Made by a program: the position numbers and the translations under genes
In this document: piece after piece, positions 45,464 through 58,569 of the stretch
Position numbering within the stretch: position 1 is the first letter of the stretch
How the letters are laid out: each line of letters begins with the position of its first letter
Notes under the pieces: model-generated
The model's database searches: none
What the model was told of the DNA's origin: nothing
The model's input: the letters and a program-made list of their open reading frames with translations, nothing else
Assembly: GCF_009914755.1 (NCBI RefSeq)
Contig: NC_060926.1
DNA from: the human T2T-CHM13v2.0 reference genome, Homo sapiens
Reading direction: 5' to 3' (one strand)
DNA length: 64,000 nucleotides

Positions 45464-45550
45464 GATGAGTTAATGTACATGCTGCGCAAACTTCTCTTGA
45501 ATATTGGAGACTTTCCTGCTCAGACATCTCACATCCTATTCAACTATTTG
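45464..45550 (+). CDS. UNC80: UNC80 exon (DELMYMLRK...ILFNYL), 87 nt, phase 0->0
   Basis: ttctttcag|GAT acceptor; TTG|gtgagt donor. Confidence 0.94.
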
Positions 45551-45858
45551 GTGAGTTATAAATGTTCATTTCCAATTACGAAGCAGCACCATGATGAAAA
45601 GGTCTTAGAAGATTTTTTTCAATAAATTTCCATTAATTACATTACTAAAGGCAAATCCTGGTCAACTAAATTCTGTGTAGGGAAGCCCCTGCCTGGCATA
45701 CTCTTTGACATATGGAGGACAGTCAATATAAATGTCAGTTCCTCTCTGTCTTCCTTTAGCAATATATAACTTCCTTATGTTTGTTGTTTATTTTTGTTTT
45801 CTGTTGAGAAAACATGTGTTCTTTTAGTATTTTTTCCTCTTTTCCTATCTCTATGTTT

Positions 45859-45860
<2 letters not shown>

Positions 45861-45915
<55 letters not shown>
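45861..45915. repeat. (CA)n microsatellite, about 27 units
   Basis: Read directly. Confidence 0.97.
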
Positions 45916-45917
<2 letters not shown>

Positions 45918-48319
45918 TGCAACTGTTGTCCTAGATGGAAAGTTTTTGTGTATATATTTTTGCATGGCAACTGTCTATGACAGTTTTAACTGCCCTGGCA
46001 GTTCTTTTCTGATCCTCTGAGACTTACCAATTTCTTCACATTCTTTTTTTAAACCCCAGATGAATATGCAGTTTGGGGACTAGAACCTGATGACTACACC
46101 TTGAAACTGCCCCTTAATCCAGGCAGACAAATAGCCAAATTAATGTCTGTGCTGAGCATACTCCTTCAGTTATCCATATGCATATGCATCCCTAGCAGGG
46201 TGATAAATTTAACTCCCACCACAACCCCCATGTGCAGAGAACATTTGTAATTCCTTTCTCTTGTCTAAGACTAATTTGGTCATCTTTCTTCCGAGTGCCT
46301 ACTTGCTGGTTGGCAAAGGAAAAAAATATGAATAAATGTCCAATCCAGATTTAAGTTCAGACCGGTACCAAAACATAAACAGTACATTTTGGTGGTTTTC
46401 AGTCTCTCTTGGATAAAAATGCATAGTCTCTAGGAATTCTCCCTCCTTCACACTGCTTTTGTCTCTATAGCTATGTGGAGTTGGGAAGAAAAAAGACCTG
46501 TGTTCCACATCTCACCCCTTGCATTTTATCTGGGTCCTTCATTTGTGAGACCATGTTCTTAAGTCTGGCTGGTTGCTGGATATCTGGATGGGCACAAACT
46601 CAAGCCCATGGCTGCTGTCACTCAAAGCCTGTCTGCTCCTGGCACTGTTTGCCAGGAGACTCAACCTCCCCTTAGCTTCTGTGGGTGCTTTAGACCCCCT
46701 GAGTTCTTGCCATGAGTCCCATAGGGCTCTAACATAGGAAGTCCACCAGCTACAGCATCCTGCTCAGTGACAACAGCCTATGGCCGTTCTATCTGGAAAG
46801 CTTTCCAGCCAAGCATCCACTACTTCTGGGTTCTGTCTACACCACACGAAAACCAAAGGTGGATTTGGAAAGCCAAATGTCAGGGCCTCCCTCAGTTTAG
46901 GTGTGTGCCCTGCCAAATTTACACTCCATCCAGGCTGGTGTGGAAAGAGCCCAAAGAGGGACTGGAGATGAGAGCGCCTTCAGTGTTTCTTTCGCTTGCC
47001 TGTGTACCTGCCCCTTCCCCAGGTCACTGAATAGGAGAAATGCTTGCCCAGACCATTGCTCTCCTCCATCCTTTAGCTCCGCAACAAAAATATTTTTAAG
47101 GGAGCTTGATGCCCAGATAGTTTTAAAAGAAATAAATCTCCAAATACTCAACTTAACAGATATGCACTAACACTTGTTGAGTAAGTCTGCCATCTCAACC
47201 ATTATTCTAGTGCACACAAGGAAGACCCAACCCATCATCCCAGAGATTACCAGGCTGCACTGACAGGCATGTAGGTTGGAGAAAGAATCTGAATTCTATG
47301 TTATTAGTAGTTTTAAGAAATCATCTTTTCTGATTGATCAATGCACTTTAACCCATAGGACTTTCTATCTGGTCCTATGTTTTATAAATTTCTATTAAGG
47401 GTGAGGGTTGGCCCTCCTTAGGGTGTCCAGCATTTAGAACACCAAAACAGATTAGGTTTGCGACACTGATTCTTTCAACATAACTACAAAGTTTTCCAGG
47501 ACTACAAAATTTTTGAAGAAACAATGGTTAAAACCCACAAGAAAAAAAAATTTACACTATTTCTTTCTGAATATTTGCACATTATTGAATAGGATAATTG
47601 AAAGTTATTTCATCAAATATTCCAATTATAGTCAGTCCTCATCTTATTTCAATGTATAGAATGCTGAACATATTCTACCTCCTATTAACAAAAAATAAAC
47701 TTGAATGAGGCATTTTAGATGTCAACTTTAAAAGGTGCAAAAGAGCACACAGTTTTTCAAAATTACATTAGAAGATATGCAAACAACCCAGCTGATAAAA
47801 TAATGTAAGGTTTGTCACAACAAACCTCATGACACACATTTACCTATGTAACAAACCTACACGTGTACCCCTGAATTTAGAAACAAAAAAAAAGAAGACA
47901 CACAAAAATTTTGAAGTTCATCAACTTAGCCAAGCAGTGTGCTCTTAGGTTTGAGACTATTAGACATAATCCAAGCTGCAAATAGTGCTTGGACAAACTT
48001 CTTATACAGATGAATTTTAGATGGCCCAAGTACCTAGCTACCAAGTGACATGATGCCTGGGTGGGGGGAGGGGGGAATGATCTGCTTTTTTCTTAAGAAT
48101 TCGCCATTTTAATGATATATAAAAATGTACAGCAGCCTGTGTGGTCAGTTTTCCAGTTATGCCCTCTCCTGGTAACATTGAAAGTGTTAGAGAAGCATCT
48201 GAACAGAGAATATGAAGGCACAGAAGAAGGTCGAGTTTAAAACAAGAAAAGCTAAGGAAATGAGAATGTGAGCTCGGGATTATTGTAGCTTTGTGAACTC
48301 TTCTTATACTGACTTCTAG

Positions 48320-48503
48320 GTAGGATTAATCATGTACTTTGTGCGGACCCCCTGCGAGTGGGGGATGGATGCCATTTCAGCCACCCTGACATTCCTGTGG
48401 GAGGTGGTGGGTTACGTGGAGGGCCTCTTCTTCAAGGATCTCAAGCAGACGATGAAGAAGGAGCAGTGTGAGGTGAAGCTCCTGGTGACCGCTTCAATGC
48501 CAG
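48320..48503 (+). CDS. UNC80: UNC80 exon (VGLIMYFVRTP...VTASMP), 184 nt, phase 0->1
   Basis: gacttctag|GTA acceptor; CAG|gtaagc donor. Confidence 0.95.
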
Positions 48504-49837
48504 GTAAGCCACTACTACTTTTTAGTAACATAACTTTAAAAAAAAATTATAAATAGCCCTTTGAAAGACTAAGAGTCTCTTTCATTCATGAGAAAATTTT
48601 CAGAGTTCTAACCCCCAGTATTGAGTGCTTCAAAGAATTTTTGTTTAATATAATCAGAGGAAATACAATAGACCCTTTAAAAAGTCAGCGGTTGCCAGCT
48701 GAAAAGGGAGACTCAGAACTGAGATCCGCATGAATCAGTCCTTGAAGGGCTGCCAAGGTTGAAGATTTATTTAAGTCTATTGCAGAGAGCCAGCTGAACT
48801 GAAAGCTTGTTTGAGTGAATTTTTGGCAGTGCAAGAATAATATTGTTTGTATGGCATGGACTCCAGTCTTTTGTAAACTCCATGAGTGAGGGCTTTATGA
48901 AAAATTGGAAAAGGGGAAAGCAGGAAGAAGGAGCATTACAAAAGAACATGAAGCGTGATGTAAACTCAAGCTACGGTTCCTTTTCACTTCGGATAGCTTG
49001 TTTTGCCTTAAGACAAAGATTTGGACAATTCTTTATCCTTGTGCAGTGACTAAGAAAATTTGAGATGATACATGTATTGAAATAGAAGTGAAAGACAGAA
49101 TTATGTAGAGATGAGAACACAGGTTCTCGCAGCAAAAAAGCCTGTGTTTAAATCATAGCACTGTCATTTATTAGTCACATAACTAGTATTAACTGTGAAG
49201 AAGTACATTATTTCTCAAAGCTTTCTTTCTTTGTGTATAAAATAGGGATATAATTCATACTTCACAATTGTGAGGAATAAATGAGTTGAGATATGTGAAA
49301 TACTTGCTGCCATACCTGGCTCATGATAAGCATTCGATGAATGGGAATTGTGTATGTATAGGTTCTGTAGATTATCCAAAAAAAGTGATCAGTTTTTATT
49401 ACAGCAAAGAAACTCCTATTTTTAACATACTTAAAAACAACTCACTAAAAATTGAGGTATATCATAATGTTCACAAAGATTTGTAATTAATGAATGAAGT
49501 AGAATAAATATTGTCTCCATCAGCCAAGAAGAATACAGAAAATGTAGCTTTCAGCTACATTTCAAGTACATGTTTTGGTTTTGCTAATATCCCTGTTTAT
49601 ATTTTCTTAACTTTTATTGCCTGGTCACCTCATCTAGAAAACAGGGATGTACTACTTGTTGAAATGCTTGAGGTTTGAATTCTAACTCTTCCACTAAATA
49701 AATATGTCTCTTAAGTTATTCCATTTCTCTTTTTCCTCATTTGTAAGATAAAAAATCATAACACCCACATCATGGGGTGGCTATGAGATTTAAATACAAT
49801 TATGCATGTAAAAGACAGGTAGAAGTATTGAGAACTT

Positions 49838-49976
49838 GGCCTAGCGCGGTGGCTCACTCCTGTAATCTCCGCACTTTGGGAGGCCGAGGCAGGTGGATTG
49901 CTTGAGGTCAGGAGTTTGAGACCAGCTTGGACAACATGGCGAAACCTCGTCTCTACTAAAAATAAAAATTTTTTAA
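49838..49976 (+). mobile_element. Isolated Alu left monomer with its own TSD
   Basis: TSD aagtattg(a/g)gaact at 49823-49836 and 49977-49990. Confidence 0.88.
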
Positions 49977-50211
49977 AAGTATTGGGAACTCCATACCTAT
50001 CACTTTTAATAAGTGAATATATTTAAAATATATGTATATTAATCTTAAATTTCCAGGTTAAAAATAAATAAAATATATATGTAACTATGAATTAAGAATT
50101 GTAATTAACAGTAAAAACATCAGCTTATTGATAATATTTTAATATTTTATGCTTTAAAATACAAATTTTCTATAGTAAAAGTCAGTTTGTTATTATTTTT
50201 ATCATCTGTAG

Positions 50212-50306
50212 GTACTAAAACCTTGGTAGTTCATGGACAGAATGAGTGCGATATCCCAACCCAGTTACCAGTCCATGAAGACACTCAATTTGAAGCCCTG
50301 TTGAAG
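50212..50306 (+). CDS. UNC80: UNC80 exon (GTKTLVVHG...FEALLK), 95 nt, phase 1->0
   Basis: atctgtag|GT acceptor; AAG|gtagga donor. Confidence 0.94.
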
Positions 50307-51341
50307 GTAGGAATGACTTTTAACAGAAACAATTTTTAAGGACAATGCTATGGCCACCTCACTGAAGATCCATTTTAGAATAAAATGGCATTTTTCTGTC
50401 TTTAAATGGATGTATGCATTTCTTTACTCTTCTAAAATCTGCCCCACTATTATTTCCTTATGCTATTTCCTTCCATAATTTTCCCCACTTCTACTGACTT
50501 TAGTCAGTAAACTTTTAGTAATCTGATTTTCAGGAACATAGTTCTGGGCCCAGATGTAAGTAGAAGAGACCTTTGGAAAAAAAATCAACTTTTCCAAACT
50601 CGTGCATCTTATTTCAGTAGAAAGGGACATTACTACTCCTTTTGTCCTCATTCAGACATCTCCAGAGAATTTCTAAGGCCCAACTTCAACAAATACTCCA
50701 TTTTTATACTCACGATGAATGGTAGGATAGCAGGAAGGCAAACAGAGTATATTCAAACGCTGCCTTCACCACAACCAGTGTGACCTAAATCAAGTGATAA
50801 GACTTCTCTAGTCTCAGTTTCATTTTCAACAGTACTGAGATACTAGTTCAGGTTATACAAGTTATCTATGCCTAGTATATAGTATATAATGTGCACAGTG
50901 CATGATAGTTTATATTATTCTTAAGTGTTTCTCAAACATGCTTTCTTCCTGATGCTGAGACCAGTAGGTGCCACTGTTCCTCCACAGTCCATCACTCAGT
51001 CTGAATTATAATTGTACATCTTTGGGCACTATGAGAGCAGATGGTCCATATCACATTATCAGTCTTTATCGTACCATTCTTTGGATAGCTCTGTGTGGGT
51101 ATATATGCAGCCATGGTATGTGTGTATATATATGTGTATATATATATGTGTGTGTGTATGTGTATACACATATACACACACACATATCTAACGTATACAG
51201 TTTACATAAGACATCAATATATACAGATAATTCTCGTAAGAGGTTACCTTGTTTTTTCAAAATTTGTATCTGTCACCTTACTACCTAGCACATAATATCT
51301 TCCTGATAAACATTTATTAAAATTTGTTGCTATTGTTCTAG

Positions 51342-51431
51342 GAGTGTCTGGAGTTTTTTAATATCCCAGAATCCCAGTCAACACATTATTTTCTTATGGA
51401 TAAACGATGGAACCTTATCCACTACAATAAG
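51342..51431 (+). CDS. UNC80: UNC80 exon (ECLEFFNIP...LIHYNK), 90 nt, phase 0->0
   Basis: tgttctag|GAG acceptor; AAG|gtgaga donor. Confidence 0.94.
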
Positions 51432-52026
51432 GTGAGACACCAGTAGTGACATCCCCGTTGAGTTGTGCCAAAGGCTTATCATGCCTACCTGAGGGTGGCT
51501 CACAGTCAGGGAGGCATCGCTGTTTAGAAGGTAATAGTATGGCCACCTGGGTCACACCATCTTACTATCAATGGGGCTTTTGACTGGCGACTTCACCTTT
51601 CTACCCTTTGGTTTTCTTGTGTGTAAAATGAAGGTAATGATAATGGTATCCATGCTAGAGCAGTTGTAATAGTTAAATGAGATAAGCTAGATAAGACACT
51701 TAGGTATTGATCATTATTACATGAAAAATTACGTTGCCCGTATAATACCTGTGTGTGTCTATTTGGAATTTGAATGCTGTTTTGCATCTCTTTTCTACCA
51801 TGTTAAACAAGACCATGCTGATCTGATCTAATGAGCAGAAGGGCCTCAGGATGCTCGCTGACATCACTTTACAGTGATCTTCCAGAGTGTTGTTTAGTAC
51901 ATTGCCTTTAGCTGCTTTTCTCCTGGCATAGCATCCTAGTGCTTAGATCTTTGGGTAAAGAAGAAATGAGAAAAGATGTTTAATCTTTTGAACTCTTTTT
52001 TTTGTCTCTTTATGTAATCCACACAG

Positions 52027-52128
52027 ACCTATGTTCGAGATATTTATCCTTTCCGGAGGTCAGTATCTCCCCAGCTGAATCTTGTACATATGCATCCAGA
52101 GAAGGGACAGGAGCTCATTCAGAAACAG
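52027..52128 (+). CDS. UNC80: UNC80 exon (TYVRDIYPF...ELIQKQ), 102 nt, phase 0->0
   Basis: ccacacag|ACC acceptor; CAG|gtgaca donor. Confidence 0.94.
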
Positions 52129-53168
52129 GTGACAGACCACGTCAGTTTTATTCCATGGTTTTGTCATGTTGTTGGAGTAGATATCTGTTCATACTTTGCC
52201 AACTTTGAGATTTTATGATTCCATTTTGACCCTCTCTGGAGACAGTAGTTGGCCCTCACTCAACAAATTATTCCCCTAAATAGTGTAAGATTTACAAATT
52301 GGATCATTGCTTAAAGGTAGTAAGAAACACTCACTTGGAGTAGTGTAATGATGAATTATTGAGTATAAATAATAGAAATCTCCTAATTATTTACCTATTA
52401 TTTTCTATATGTAGATTTTCATTTCACATTTCTGTAAAATTGGATTGGAAATACACATAATGTAGCTATGTAAATTATCCCAGTGGTTTACACTAGCTGG
52501 CTACACAGTAAAAGGGGTCACTCTAGTATGCTTGAAAAAAAAAGCATTAAACTAAAGTTCAAAGATTTGGACTTCATCCCAGTTCTGCCTCTGACCAGGG
52601 ATCTGACCTTGGGCATGTTATTAATTTCTCTTGAAACAGGAAGAGATATAGTCTAGCAGCTGTACTTAGGTTTAAGGTTGAAGAACAGAATAATATTCAC
52701 ATTTAATCTCAAATCAAACTTTGAGCTTAAGGAAAGTCACTATTCTGCATGCAAAATATAGCTTTAGTACACAATTCTAAAAATGATACAATTTTAATAT
52801 TGCATATTTATTACATTCATTTTTAAATAAAATCTTTAAAGAATTTCAGGATACTTGATCATTTCAATTTTCTGTACATATCAAGGATAATAATTTGCCT
52901 TCAAAATATCCAAAAATATCTTCATGAAATGGGTGAGCATCGCATAGAATTAGACCACTTAAGTAATTAAAAATATAGCTACAATTAACTACCGACATTC
53001 TATTTAAAAGAAAGAAAATACTAAATGTGTTGCAAGGTGTGAGATGTTGGGCAAAACTATTAGATCTTAAATATAAACAATTCCTAAAACAATTCTCCTC
53101 AAATTACCCCAGCCCATGATTTTGGGGTAAGATAATTGAAACCCTAATCAATAATGGTGCTTGCCTAG

Positions 53169-53232
<64 letters not shown>

Positions 53233-53239
53233 TGTGTGT
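53169..53239. repeat. Compound (TC)n(TG)n microsatellite
   Basis: Read directly. Confidence 0.97.
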
Positions 53240-53973
53240 CTATTCATCATGTTTAAGAACAAGTTTTCAAAGAATGCCATCAAATGGAGTTCTTGCTCTG
53301 ATGTACACTTCAAGTTAGAGCCTTAAGACTTCTAAGTTCCTCAGGGAGATTATAACATGGAGGCCTATGAGTCTGGCTCAGAAGTTTCCTCAGTAGCTAC
53401 TCACTGCATATAAACTTCCTAATCATCAAGAGAAAAGGACCTAAGAACCAAGAGCCCCATGTGTATGCCCTCTAAACTCAGAGCACCAATCAAGGACCTA
53501 TGAGCTTCTGTCCCAAGATAGGGTTTTCCTGGATCTCACATCAGTCTTTGTTTTTTTAAAGACAAACCCGGAACTCCCAGGAAACAGCTTCAGGCATTGG
53601 TGGCAATGGAACTGACTGACTCACTGACCCTGTTAGTGAAGGTCTTCCATATTATAGCATCCAAACAAATGGGCTCTATTTAATATTGAACTAATCTTGA
53701 CAATGCTTGCCTTATGCTCCTCTCCAGCCTAAAACTCCATAAGGAACATTTCCTTCTGTAAAGCAGGCAGAAGGAAGTAAGAGGCAATTGAGAATTGTTT
53801 GCTCTTGCTTGTGGTAAAGGATAAAAACACATGTCTCCCTCATTTCACTTTTTCCCCTTTTCCGACTTTATCAACCCAGTTTGCCATTAAAGGTTTTCCT
53901 TTAGTTTTTTCAGTCTATAAATCTGGAGTTTCTAATACTCCTTTTTGTCTGCTCCTGCTTTTGTTTTCTCCAG

Positions 53974-54154
53974 GTGTTCACCCGAAAGCTGGAAGAAGTA
54001 GGGCGGGTGTTGTTTCTCATCTCCCTAACCCAGAAGATCCCCACAGCCCACAAACAGTCCCACGTCTCCATGCTTCAGGAAGACCTCCTCCGCCTGCCCT
54101 CATTCCCTCGTAGTGCTATTGATGCTGAGTTTTCACTCTTCAGTGATCCTCAAG
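53974..54154 (+). CDS. UNC80: UNC80 exon (VFTRKLEEVG...LFSDPQ), 181 nt, phase 0->1
   Basis: tttctccag|GTG acceptor; AAG|gtatca donor. Confidence 0.95.
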
Positions 54155-54206
54155 GTATCAAACAAAGAAACATTGCCTCTCTGGGGCTTTTTCTAACACA
54201 CTTGTT

Positions 54207-54351
54207 GTTTTTTTTTAAAATTTTATTATTATTATACTTTAAGTTTTAGGGTACATGTGCTCAACGTGCAGGTTTGTTACATATGTATACATGTGCCATG
54301 TTGGTGTGCTGCACCCATTAACTCGTCATTTAGCATTAGGTATATCTCCTA
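54207..54351 (-). mobile_element. Very short young L1PA 3' end insertion
   Basis: ttattatactttaagttttagggtacatgtgc; TSD aac(a/g)cacttgtt at 54195-54206 and 54352-54363. Confidence 0.88.
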
Positions 54352-54411
54352 AACGCACTTGTTTTGTTCTCAAATGGAGAGCATCTGAATCAGCAGACAG
54401 TGCTGTAAAAC

Positions 54412-54591
54412 CAGTGCTTCTCAGACCTGAGTGTGCACAAGAGACCCCTGAAGGACTTGTTGAAACACAGATTGCGGGGCCCCACGCTCCACCTCCGGGT
54501 TTCAGGATGGGGCTCAAGAGTTTGCATTTCTATTAAGTTCTCAGGTGATGCTGATGCTGCTATCCCAAGCACCACATTTTGAGAACCACTG
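54412..54591. mobile_element. MER5A
   Basis: TIRs cagtgcttctca...tgagaaccactg. Confidence 0.8.
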
Positions 54592-55033
54592 CTCTAAGCT
54601 AGTCATCAGCAGTTGAAGCGTGGGTAGGATGGTGTTGTTAGGGTATGAGAATACTTGACTAAACAAAGACCGGGTATTTGTGTGAAGTTCAAAAAGAGGC
54701 AAAATTCATCTAGAATGACAGAAATCAGAATGGTGGTTGCCTCTGGATTTGGAGGGAATGAATTTCCTGGAAAGGGGCAGAAGGGTGATGAAAATGGTCT
54801 GTATATTGATGGAATGTTGTCTACATGAGTGCATAGTGCATATTTTTGTCAAAATTCAATGAACTCTAAAGATCTGTGCATTTTACTCTAAATAATACCT
54901 CAATTGAGAGAAAGAGAGACACAGAAGGAGACCCACTTTGGAGCCTCGCTCTGTTACTCAGTTATTAATTTGAGACAATTTACTTAAATTAGCATCTCTA
55001 TGTTTTATCGCCCTCATCCAGAAGCTTCAGACA

Positions 55034-55345
55034 GGCTGGGCAAGGTGACTCATGCCTGTAATCCCAGGCCTTTGGGAGGCCCAGGGAGGCAGATCACTTG
55101 AGGTCAGGAGTTTGAGACTACCCTGGCCAACATGGCGAAACCCTGTCTCTACTAAAAATACAAAAAAAATTAGCTGGGCATGGTGGCGGGTGCCTGTAAT
55201 CCCAGCTACTCAGGGGTCTGAAGCATGAGAATCACATGAACCCAGGAGATGGAGGTTGCAGTGAGCCGAGATTGCGCCATTGCACTCCAGACAGAACGAC
55301 AGAGCGAGACTCCATCTCAAAAAAACAAAAAACAAAAAACAAAAC
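55034..55345 (+). mobile_element. AluS
   Basis: Full dimer; gcttcag on both flanks. Confidence 0.92.
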
Positions 55346-55722
55346 GCTTCAGCTTCAGCAGTAGATAGAGCTCTAGCCTCTGACCATTAATTAAAAGACC
55401 AAGCAGTAGTCCCATCCCTGCTATTTTCTAGCTGAAATAATTTATTTTTCTCCAACAGATGTTTATTTAGCAGTAAAACACTGCCAATGCCTGCTCTGCC
55501 TTACCCACAGTTAGTTAAAGAGGTGATGATGAAAGTTCATGGAGAAAAGGAAGTGCTGTATCAAGGCCAGTAATATTGTGCTGGAAAACATTTCAGCAGT
55601 AGATCTTCACATCCTGGAGCTGGAACAAACGGAGAACAGCAGCGCCTTGGGTTTGATCACCTCTCATGCTGACAGGATTGGTGTGGGGCTAATTCTGTCT
55701 CTGCTGTTTCATGTTCTCACAG

Positions 55723-55991
55723 CTGGAAAGGAACTGTTTGGCCTCGACACTCTTCAGAAAAGCTTGTGGATCCAGCTGCTGGAGGAAATGTTCCTGGGCA
55801 TGCCGAGCGAGTTTCCATGGGGAGACGAAATCATGCTTTTCCTCAACGTTTTTAACGGGGCTCTGATCCTCCACCCGGAAGACAGTGCCCTGCTCAGGCA
55901 GTATGCTGCCACCGTCATCAACACCGCGGTGCACTTCAACCACCTCTTCTCTCTCAGCGGCTACCAGTGGATTCTCCCCACCATGCTGCAG
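55723..55991 (+). CDS. UNC80: UNC80 exon (AGKELFGLDT...LPTMLQ), 269 nt, phase 1->0
   Basis: ttctcacag|CT acceptor; CAG|gtgccc weak donor. Confidence 0.94.
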
Positions 55992-56218
55992 GTGCCCAGA
56001 ACCTCCTCTCCCAACCAGAAAATTAACATGAGTACTGCTCATATCTAGCCGTTCAACTAGATCTATACTGAAACTTTTTAATGATGGTGTTATCATCTTC
56101 TTTTGTGACAACAGAAGGCAACAAATGAAATCCCCCCATAAATTTGCAAGAGTTCACAATGTTCCTTTCTACTCTGAGAGCCCCAGACTTGGGATATGCT
56201 TTCCCATTTCGTCTAGGA

Positions 56219-56830
56219 CAGTGGTTCTTAAGTTGTAGTCCCTGGGCCAGCAGCATCAGCATCAACTGGAAACTTGTTGGAAATGTACATTCTGGTCAGG
56301 TGTGGTGGCTCACGCCTGTAATGCCAGCACTTTGGGAGGCCAAGGTGGGAGAATCTCTTGAAGTGAGGAGCTTAAGACTAGCTTGGGGAACACAGCAAGA
56401 CCACATCTCTAAAACAAAAAAAAGTTTTAAAGAAAGAGAAATGCACATTCTTGGAGCCCATCCAGGTCTACTGAATCAGAAACTCAGGGATCAGGGCCCA
56501 GTAGTTTGTGTTTTTAACAAGACCTTCAAATGGTTTTGATGCCCTAGAACAGGAATCCTCTACCTCCGGGCCAGGGACCAGTACTGGTCTGTGGCCTGTA
56601 AGGAACCCCCACCCCTAGATTTTCATAGGAGCTGGAACCCTATTGTGAACTGTGCATGCAAGGGATCTAGGTTCCATGCTCCTGAATCTAATGCCTGATG
56701 ATCTGAGGTGGAACAGTTTCATTCCGAAACCATCCCCCGCACTCACCCTGGTCCATGAAAAAATTGTCTTCCATGAAACCAGTCCCTGATGCCAAAAAGG
56801 TTGGGGACCACTGCCCTAGAAAGTTTGAGA
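56219..56830. mobile_element. MER5A-like element containing a FLAM/Alu monomer (about 56294-56437) and MER1B (56550-56813)
   Basis: Monomer TSD gaaatg(t/c)acattct; MER1B ends aaaaaggttggggaccactg with 8-bp TSD ccctagaa. Confidence 0.78.
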
Positions 56831-57357
56831 ACTTCTGTTCTTGAGTCACATGTATGGCAAGTGTTTAGCTGATGTTTCTCCCGAGAGATTCCCTGACCTC
56901 TAACTGAATAGAGATTTTCATTCCCAGTAAATGTGGTGTGTTGGGATTGGAGAAGGTAATTTAGCAGGAACAATTTTTATTTACTCGTGTCTAATGTATA
57001 GCTGGCTACATTTAGGAGTACTAAATAAAATCAGGCAGGGCCCAGGGGCTCATCCTAGTTCTCTATTTTTGAGGAAGTTTTGATAAAAATTATGATCACA
57101 ACACATACAAAGTTAAGTTTGCTCAACCTATGGGGGCAAGAAAGTTACTATCACAGGACTCTCTTCCTCATTTTTAGATAGTTGCAATTTTCTCTATTTT
57201 TTTAGTAAGTATTTTTTTTTTACTGATTACCAAAAGCGATTATGTTCATTACAAAATTCAAAAGATGGAGAAAGTTTAAAGAAAAGATAAGGCTCACTTA
57301 AAATCCTTTCTCCCAGGTAATCATTGTTTATACTTACAAATCCTGGCACTCTTTCCT

Positions 57358-57383
57358 ACACACACACACACACACACACACAC
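57358..57383. repeat. (CA)n microsatellite
   Basis: Read directly. Confidence 0.95.
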
Positions 57384-57879
57384 TCCAGAATTATATATTT
57401 TCAAGTTTGTAACCTAGTTTTTTCATATAACACTAAGAATATCATAGGCATTTTATATAGCTATATTTAGCCTTACAGCATTTTTAAAATTACTGCACAG
57501 CATTCTATGATTTGTATATACCATAATTCACTTAACCAAGATATATTTATGAATAATTTGTCTCATATTTTCCACTGTTATAGCCAGTCTTGCAGCAGGC
57601 CTTCTTATGTATGCATGTTTATACATGTGTCTAGTCCTTTCCTTGAGATAAATTCCTAGTCACAAACTTCCTGGAAAGAAAGTATGTTTAGATTTTCAGC
57701 ATTTTGAGGTGTGTTACTAAATTTATCTAGAGAAAGTTTATGCCATTTTACATTCCTCTCTACCAGTTTACAAAGTTAGCCATTTCCCTCCAAGCTTCCC
57801 ATGACCATGAGTTTTAAAAGCGAGTACAACTTTGATACTTCATTAAGGCATTTTTTGAATATCTGGCATTTTTCCATAG

Positions 57880-58014
57880 GTGTACTCCGACTATGAAAGC
57901 AATCCCCAGCTGCGTCAAGCCATCGAATTTGCCTGTCACCAGTTCTATATTCTACACCGGAAGCCCTTTGTGCTCCAGCTGTTTGCTAGTGTGGCCCCTC
58001 TCCTGGAATTTCCT
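57880..58014 (+). CDS. UNC80: UNC80 exon (VYSDYESNP...PLLEFP), 135 nt, phase 0->0
   Basis: tttccatag|GTG acceptor; CCT|gtaagt donor. Confidence 0.95.
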
Positions 58015-58026
58015 GTAAGTAAGCTC

Positions 58027-58569
58027 TGTGGGAAAAAAAAATGAAGACCAACAAAATGAGAAAAGCAAAGGTTATTTATTAGAGCTTACTATGGCAAGGG
58101 AGTTGGCTACCATCACTTGTGTTTTGGCAGAGATGCAAAGGCAGGCAGAGGAGTCGAAAAACTGTATAGTGAAAAAAGGAGAAGCTTCAGGTATGTCCTG
58201 ATTGGAGCTATTGGCCTGGGGAAGCTGCAGGTGAACTAACTAGTAGTTGGGCATCTTATATGATGGGTTAGGGGTGTATATTGGGCTTTCTCTGGTTGGT
58301 CCTAAGTTGGAAGCAGGGACAAAAATTAGGAAAGCTCTCAGTTATTATGCCAGTCCTGGTTACTTTGGGCCAGTTGTTACAGAGGTTATTGTTTGGTTAC
58401 CACTGGAGGTAGTGGCCTGACTTCCTACAAGCCTGACTTAGGCTGGCTTCCTGAGCTGGTTATTGTAGACAATGGGTTGGTTTCCTGAGCAGGTTGTTGC
58501 AGGTTGTGGGTCAAAGTTCTATCTTTATATATGATTTAGTCATTGACAGTTTGTATATTCAGTCTCTGA
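58027..58569 (-). mobile_element. Probable ERV1-class solo LTR (family uncertain)
   Basis: About 540-bp block starting TG, with 4-bp direct repeat gctc on both sides; minus-strand AATAAA near its 3' end. Confidence 0.6.

Noticed and set aside
55689-56111. 140-aa minus-strand ORF
   Set aside because: Antisense shadow of a GC-rich coding exon.
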